The notes under the pieces were generated by a model. That model had not been told where the DNA came from and searched no databases. It saw only the letters and a list, made by a program, of their open reading frames with translations. DNA of 64,000 nucleotides from Eledone cirrhosa. Its lineage: Eukaryota. Below are positions 56,373 to 64,000 of the stretch, one piece after another; position 1 is the stretch's first letter; every line of letters starts with the position of its first letter. A program made the position numbers and the translations under genes. The stretch is from positions 36,828,001 to 36,892,000 of the forward strand of contig OZ024744.1 in NCBI GenBank assembly GCA_964016885.1, in the 5' to 3' direction.

Positions 56373-59300
56373 AGAAAAAAACTGGAAGAGATATCTGCAA
56401 CAGCCACACCCCTACAACTACCTACACCATCACCACCACCACCGCCACCCTTAACATCTACCCCATCGTCACCTCCAACATCATCACAGCAGACACAGAA
56501 ATCACCAACACCCCAACAGCAGACACAATACACAGCCATTGACACAGACAACACAAAGCTTTTAAATTACATTCATCATCACAGAAATAAATTACGTAAA
56601 GTCCACCAAAACTCCACCCCACCCCCAACACATACATGAAAATAATAGAAATCACACAATAAAATTACATGACATTAAAAAAAATGTTCACCACATCAAT
56701 TGGAGACTACCCAGGGAACATCACCAAAAGAATATTCACGGACATTCTCTTGGAGAATCCCACCACTGGCCGGAGGGATGGATCACCCACCCCCTTCCTA
56801 GAAAAGAGCCTCAGGTAACTTTTGTACTTTTCCCTCTCACTTTTTTTCCTCCTATCCTAGCCAACATGGCATCTCTGAGAATAGGTAGCATAAATGAATG
56901 TGACCTGGGGTCGTCTTGGAAGCAGGGACACCTGGTGAACGAATTCAGGTCACTAAACATAGATGTGGTGGCCATCAGCGAGACCAGAATCTCCGGGGCA
57001 CGGGCATTCTCACCCATTTTCGGCGGCTACGAGATGTACACATCTCCAAGCCGTCTCGGATCGGGGAGGAGGAGTGGCCGCTCCGGAGAAGTCTGAATCT
57101 CGAGACAGGGGCCGTCTTCTTGGACCCAGAAGGTAAGTTGGTGGTGCTGGACGTGACCAGCGGAGAAGGACAAGCTTTCAGGCTAGTGGCTGTCTATGCC
57201 CCAACAGGAGCAGGATGGCCTAAATTCTTCTGGCGTCTGGAGTCCTTTCTTGGAACGTCCCGCTCTTTAGTGTTAGTGGGCGACTGGAACGGGATCTTAG
57301 AAACAGGCTGGGACTGTGTGGTATTAGCGGATAGAGGAGGAGGGTGTAAAAGCTCAGACGTTTTCAACTGTCTCACAGGTACCGGTTGGAATTCCCGAAT
57401 GCGCATCGGGTCATCCAGATCATATCTAGATACGGCATTTTGTAGGGAAATAGATAGGTCTAGCATAGGCTGACCACAATTCAAGATAGTCGACTACACG
57501 GACCACAAATTGGTGATCTGTGTGCTTGACTTTGATAGGCTTCATAGACAGGGACCTGGTTACTGGAAACTAAATGCGTCGTTAACAACGCACAAAGCTT
57601 ACAGAGACCGGATTAAGGAATTAGTTATGCGGGCGTTGAGAGAGGCCATCGTCAACAACAAATTGTGGTTTGCCCTGAAAAGAGCGATTAGAATAGAGTC
57701 CATTAGGTTTAGTAAAGCGTTAGAAACATAGAAAAATAGAGCAGAATGAAATCTAGTTAGCAAGTTAGATGAGACGCTTAGTAAAGGCATCGCAGCCGAC
57801 GTGCTTGCAGCGAAATTGGCCCTTGACCAATTATTCAATGCAAAGCACAAAGGCTGCGTTGTCAGAGCTAGGGTGTGTGCTCTCAGAGACGAGGGGACGA
57901 AAGCCGTTCAACGGGCCCGGGTGGCGGAGGCGCGTCGTGGCAACAAAGCCACGATCCGGTCTTTGGCGGACCACGACGGGCGGATGATACTCGATCCCGG
58001 GCAGATGTGTGCGGCTTTTCAGCGGCACTTCGTTCAGCTGTTCGGGGGCAGTGGTGGGCCGCATCGAGGGAATGGACTTCAGTGCCTACCTCGACGGACT
58101 GTCGCGGCACTCGGCCACTGAGGCGGAGTACTGCGAAAGGCCGATAACAGCTACTGAAGTAAGGAAGGCCATGACTAGCTGCACAAAGGGTAAATCGCCT
58201 GATTTGGATGGTCTACCCTACGAACTATACGTACATATGCCAGACTTGTTCGAAGACTTCTTGGTGGACGTCTACTGCAACTGGAAGCAGAAGGGGAGAA
58301 TTCCCAGCTCGGTGAGCCGAAGGGTGGTGGTGCTGCTGAGAAAGGATCCGAATTAGGGGGATAACATAGATAATTTGAGGCCCATAACTCTGCTAAACAC
58401 AGACTTCAAGATTTTGGTCAAGGTGCTAGCAAAGAGGTTGGCGCTTGTCGTTGGTGGTCTGGTGGAAGAGGCGCACACATGCACCATTCCAGACAGATTC
58501 ATCCACGACAACCTCCACCTCATGCGATACATCGTAGAGAGGGTAGCTAGCGAACCTGGCACGGGTGGTTCCTTGATCAATTTAGATCAGTCGGAAGCTT
58601 TCGATAGGGTCGACCATCGTCATCTGGCGGCAGTCCTGAAGGCAGCTGGCTTTGGGCCCGTCTTCAGAGGCTGGATCGCTGTCATGCACAGTGACATCTG
58701 CTCTGTGGTGAGAGTGAACGGTCACCTTTCGGAACCGTTCAACATCATGCACTCGGTCCACCGAGGATGTCCCCTCTCGTCCCTCTTGTACGTATTGACT
58801 CTCGAGCCATTACTGCACAAACTGGGGACGTTGAGTGGGGTTCCGCCCGAACTAGGATGCGGAAGATCCGTGTCAGCATATGCAGACGATGTCACCGTAG
58901 TGGTGTCGAACGCCAAACACATCGAGGCGATTGGAACGACACTAAGAGAATACGAGGCGGTGATAGGAGCAATGATCAACCAGGAAAAGTCGGTGGGCCT
59001 GCACCTCGGCACCTGGTGAGGCAGGTCCATGCCGTCCAACAGCGTCGTCGAGTGCTGGACGGACGGACCGGTTAAATTGCTAGGGGTCTGGTCGGGCCGG
59101 ACCTCAAGACGGACAAAAACTGGGAGGAGGTCATGATCAATGTTCTCTCATCCAGAAATGGTCAGAGAGAAAGCTGTCGCTGAAAGGGCGAGTGGAGGTG
59201 GCGAAGGCGTACATCGGTTCCGTTATCTACTACCGCCTGACCGCCGTGCCTTGTCCTAAGCCTCGCCTGACTGCACTGGAGTGTTTGCTCTTTCGCATTT

Positions 59301-60519
59301 TGTGGAAGGACGTGCTCCGATAGTCAGGCGGTCCATCTGCTGTCAACACTCGCTACGTGGAGGGCTGGGCATGCTGTGGCTGATGATGCACAGACACACG
59401 CTTTTGCTATGACATCTCCACCTCTTCCTCGGTGGTGATCAGGTGTGGTATGCGTTTGCTAGACACATGTTTCCTCAGCTCGTCTCCTTGAGGGAGCTGC
59501 AGTCCTGTGTCAAACGAAGACCGAGAGGTAGCGCTTGGAGACTGGAATGTCTTCAGGCACTTACAGCTTTCGACATGTCGGGCAAAACGATCGCTGGAAA
59601 CTCCACCTTGACGTTCTATAGAGGAATAGTGGAGGGAAAGAGCGATGATGTCCTTGGGGAGACTCTGGGCGCCGACGAAAACCAACTAGCCAATCTATTC
59701 GGGAGCACTTTTAGGCCGGGGCCTATGGACAACTTCGAGAAATCCCTGGCCTGGCAGTGTTACCTAGGAGCCTTGCCAGTTCGGGATAAACTCTACACTC
59801 CTGGAAGTGCCGTCAGCCGCGCCTGTAGGAGATGCGCGCGGGGCGATGAAACCGTCCTGCACGCACTCGTCCAGTATCCAAGAATTGCTGACTGGTGGGT
59901 TTATGTCGAACACCTTCTGTCACGTGTAGAACGGATCGGGCTGTCAGCTGAATCCATCGTGAGGATTGCCCCGCCCCCTTCCTTTAGCCGGGAAGGGCAG
60001 GCAGTTTTTATTTGCCTGGTGGCCATGGTAAAAGAGATAGTATTGTGGACACGTCTGAAAGGGTTGAGGACGTGCACTTACCTCTTCGGTCATGCCCTGA
60101 TTAACTTTTTCAAATTTCATTTGAAAAGGAAAATCAGGGTAGAGAGGGAAGTGATCTCTTCCCAGCATTTTGTTGAAAGATTGGTGAGAGAGGCAACCAT
60201 GGCCCGAGTGAATGGGCCTACTCTGAGTATACGCCTGTAAATTGAAAGTGGAAAACTGGGAGAGGACACTTGCCCTGGTGGTCAGGGTCACCGTGGATTT
60301 TTTAATGGGTTCTCCACGAATGTCCCTCGGAAGTCTACCCCCCTATTGCTGAATTTTTCATTGTTTCTTTTTTTGTTACATCCTCTGTTTTTGTCTTTTT
60401 TACACGCAGAAATACCCATTTGTACCGTCCTGTATTGTGATGTATTGTGCTGTATTGTGATGTATTGTCCTTAATATTTTACTTTGTGTAAACCCTTGTT
60501 TTTAATAAAGAAAGCATTA

Positions 60520-60554
<35 letters not shown>
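56373..60554 (+). mobile_element. Tx1-like element E, 5'-truncated (ORF1 tail, ORF2 56866-60240 with frameshifts), (ATT)n tail
   Basis: APE, RT (RPITLLN, AFDRVDH, AYADD), CRRC...ETVLHAL; AATAAA at 60504, (ATT)n 60516-60554. Confidence 0.93.
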
Positions 60555-63405
60555 GGTCTGTTCGGGCGTCTTTTTGCTCGCTCCCAGTAAGTCGCTTTAT
60601 TGTGTAAGGGATATAAGCCCTTGGACTTTGCCCTGTGAATGGGGAAAGTATAATATTGGGGCCTTTTGGCCCAAATATTTGAACAGCATTTGAACATTTT
60701 ATAAAAAAAAACAAAAGAAAAAACGTGGCTGATGCAATATGTTTGCTGTTGTGTGACAATAGCGTAAAAGTTAAGAAATACCACAAACAACGTGACCAAA
60801 GACAACAACACTGAGAACACTAATTTTAAAAAAATTACCACACCAACTACAACAATAACAGCGACAACCAAACTACAGACAACAGAAAAAATTGACAACA
60901 AATCCAACAACGATATTAACATCACTAACAAGAAAATAAACAACGACAACACCAACAGCAACAATACACATTGCACCGAAAACAATAACAACGGTGGCAC
61001 CAAAAACACAACCAACTACAAAATTGATAACAGCAACAACACCAACAACACCATTTGTAGGAGTAGCAACAGCAACAGCACCAACAACAAGACCAGTAGC
61101 AGCAGTAACGGCAGCATAATGGTGCCGCTGAAAAAAGGGCCACTTCTTTCGCAGGTGTGGACCGAAATATAGAGACAGTGCTAGTCACGGAGGAGGAGAT
61201 GGCAGTCGCAAGAGCCATGGTGTCAAGATATGACAATAGAGTTTCCCTGAAACCTCCACCTCATTTCTTCAAAGACCAGCAGCTGTGCACGGTGACTTAC
61301 CGCACCGTAAGCAAAATGTCCCATCCGGTGGAGAGAGCCACGGAGACTCAAATCCAAAACTCCTTGGGGTGCGTCTTGGCGTGCAAAACCCACATCACCC
61401 AAGGCAAAAGGCACGCCACAGTAGACGTACTTTTCGCCACCCCCAAAGAGGCGAAGTCTCATTCCTTGGAAGCTCTAAAGAGTGAGGAGATAGTCTTGGT
61501 GCCCTCCTACTGCAGACAGAAAATTGTGAGGGTCAAATTAACCCAGGTCCCGCCCGACGTGTCCATACTTTGGCTGGCCGCGTCTGTACTGGCTGGAATC
61601 TGCAAATACAGAGAATGGGATGAGAGAACTGGTCAGGAATAGGCATGCAAATGCTAATACAAACTGACCAGGTGTGCATCGAGGCGGCCCCAGATATCAT
61701 AGACCTCGAGGAAGGACTCTAACACCCTATAAGCGTGGAAGGAAGGCGCCCAAAATACTATCTCTGTGGGCAGAAGGGTCACCTCAGGGGCTTCTGCCCG
61801 CAGAAGACAGCCAAGAAGAGGGCACCCCTCCATCCAACACCTGATCCGCAGGGCAAGCAGCAGAGGTAGAAGACCCTTCCATGGTGAATAGGAGGGCAAC
61901 GTCGTCGGACCCATTCCAAGGCCACGGACAACTAAAACAGTGGCAGCAGTGGCGGCAACAGCAACAGTCGCTGTAGCTACACAAGCGGCAAAATCGCCGG
62001 AGCGGGCTCCACTACCACCACCAACAGCAGTGGAGCTCATACCCCTCCCAGACGCCACCAATCCTACATTGAGTATGAGGATGGACGGAAGTGGCAAACG
62101 ATCTGCCACAAAAACAAAAAACAAAAAAACCCTTAGCTTCACCCTCCAAAAGTGAAGGCAAATATAGAGGGATAAAGGCCGCAAGGAGACTTGCAGCAAC
62201 ACCGCCACAAGCATCACCTCCAACAACAACCAACCACACCACCACCAGCATCACCAAAAACACCAACATCGGGGACACACGCAACAGCAACAACAAGTAA
62301 ACAGCAACAAAATAACCCCTCACACCAAAAGGGACACAGCCATAAACATGGCAAATAAAGAACTCTTACAACATATAAAGCAGCACACAGACATCACAGA
62401 CAAAAATTACTACACCCCACCAACACCAGGAACTCTCCCGAAAAATATAAAGATTATTGAAATCAAAATAGAACATATAAACTTTTAAAAGAAAAATTCC
62501 CCAACGCAGTTTGAGGCTTCAGAGGGTCGGTTTCCAAGAGGATATACACCGACATCATCTTGGAGACACCCATGACCAGCCAAAGGAACGGTTCGACTGT
62601 CCTTTTCCCATACGATCAGGGTAGGTGATCCTTTCTCATTTATTCCATTTCTCACCCAACATGGCCTTACTTAGAATAGGCCGTATAAATGTACGTGGCC
62701 TGGGGTCATCTTGGAAGCAGAGTGTAAGTCGGTGGTGCTGGACGTGACCGGCAGCGAAGGCAATGCTTTCAGGCTAGTACCCATCTACCTCCCAACAGGG
62801 GCAGACGGAGATGCGCACAGAGTCACGAAACCGTTGTGCACGCACTCATTCAGTGTCCGAGCATTGTTGACTTGTGGAGCTATGACAAACATTTGCTGTC
62901 ACGTGTAGGACGGATCCGGTTATCGACTGAGTCCATTGTGCAGATAGTCCCGCCGTCCTCCTTTAAGGAGAGGAAGGGCAGGCAGTTTTCATCTGCCAGG
63001 TGGCCACGGCTAAAGACATTGTATGGTTGACAAGGTTGAAAGGATTGAAGACGGACACCTTCCTCTTTGGCTAATCCCTGATTAACTTTTTCAAATTTCA
63101 CTTAAAGAGGAAAATTAGGGTGGAGAATCAAGTGCTGTCATCAAATAAGTTTATTGAAAGGTGGGTGAAAGTGGTGAGTCTGGTCCAAGTGAACGGGCCC
63201 GCTCTGAGTATGCGCCTGTAGACTGAGGAGTGGAACACTTAGATAGGGCGCTTGCCCGGGTGGTAAGGGTGGCCGTGGTCCTTTGTGTCGTTTTCACCAC
63301 GAGTGACTCTCGGAAGTTTCCCCCCTATTGGCGAACTCTTGTTGTTTGAATTTTTTTGATATTTCTATCTTTTTACACGGCCTTTTATTCTATCTTTTTA
63401 TACGG
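60555..63405 (+). mobile_element. Tx1-like element F: 5' UTR, decayed ORF1, ORF2 reduced to its two ends
   Basis: N/T-rich start, RRM-like region, knuckle remnant at about 61745-61800; ORF2 ATG 62661; jump from APE to the C-terminal finger at about 62808; 3' UTR like element E. Confidence 0.85.
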
Positions 63406-63409
63406 CCAA

Positions 63410-64000
63410 AACCCATTGGATCCAGAAGGTAAGTCGATGGCGCTGGACGTGACAGGCAGCCAAGGAAATGCTTTCAGGCTAGTAGCCATCTACGTCCCAA
63501 AAGGGGCAGGACGGCCTGATTTCTTCAGACGTCTAGAGACCTTTCTGGGAAAGTCCCTCTTTTTCGTGTTAGTGAGTGAATGGAACGGCATCTTAGATGC
63601 ACGCGGTGATTATGTGGGACTAGTAAATAAGGGAGGAGGATGTAAAAGCTCTCCAACCTGCTCAGACGATTTTAACTGTCTGACAGGTATCGGGTGGTGG
63701 GCCGGTCGGAGTATGAACATAAGTGCATACCTCAACGGACTGCCGCGGTTCTCGACGACCACAGCGCAGTGCTGCGAAAGGCCGGTAATAGCAGGTGAAA
63801 TACGGGAAGCGATATCTGACTGCACGAGGGCTAAATAGCCACGTTTGGATGGTTTGCCTTACGAGCTTTATGCGTATATGCCAGACTTGTTCGGCGACCT
63901 CTTGGCAGGTGTCTACTGCAAATGGCAGCAGAAAGGTAGCGTTCCCAGTGTTGCGAGCCGGGGAGCGGTGGTGCTTTTGAGAAAAGACCCAAACAAAGGG
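63410..64000 (+). mobile_element. Tx1-like ORF2 fragment (APE part joined to RT start), runs off the window
   Basis: LDPEGK...AFRLVAIY...WNGILDAR; LDGLPYELY at about 63845. Confidence 0.85.

Noticed and set aside
55308-56639. 443-aa ORF as a novel RT fusion protein
   Set aside because: It is a Penelope RT cut before its catalytic motif and joined by chance to the P/T-rich ORF1 tail of a truncated Tx1 copy (homologous to 28010-28290).

Overview
Repeat-saturated eukaryotic DNA with no recognisable host gene. The (TA)n/(TACA)n/(GATA)n microsatellites and the SINE types point to a coleoid cephalopod such as Octopus (inference). 1-3 kb: internally deleted Helitron with an intact hairpin-CTAG 3' end. 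3-18 kb: RTE fragments, SINEs and a dense set of Penelope-type short elements and foldback repeats sitting in (TA)n tracts. Several carry minimal type I hammerhead ribozymes, including a 543-nt tandem retrozyme-like unit. 19.9-22.8 kb: decayed R4/Dong-like RLE retrotransposon flanked by (TACA)n. 26.8-64 kb: a large cluster of decayed Tx1/L1-clade LINEs. About five divergent elements are stacked head-to-tail on the minus strand (28.7-50.3 kb), most joined by (GATA)n, and a plus-strand set (56.4-64 kb) has an (ATT)n junction, with a Penelope RT remnant between them. Across these divergent Tx1 families two non-coding features are conserved: a double stem-loop in the 5' UTR, and an ORF1 stop codon embedded in a 5' splice-donor-like motif followed by a pyrimidine spacer that is often in frame with ORF2. 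All calls were made by eye and boundaries are approximate. Most short ORFs in the track are microsatellite or antisense artefacts.
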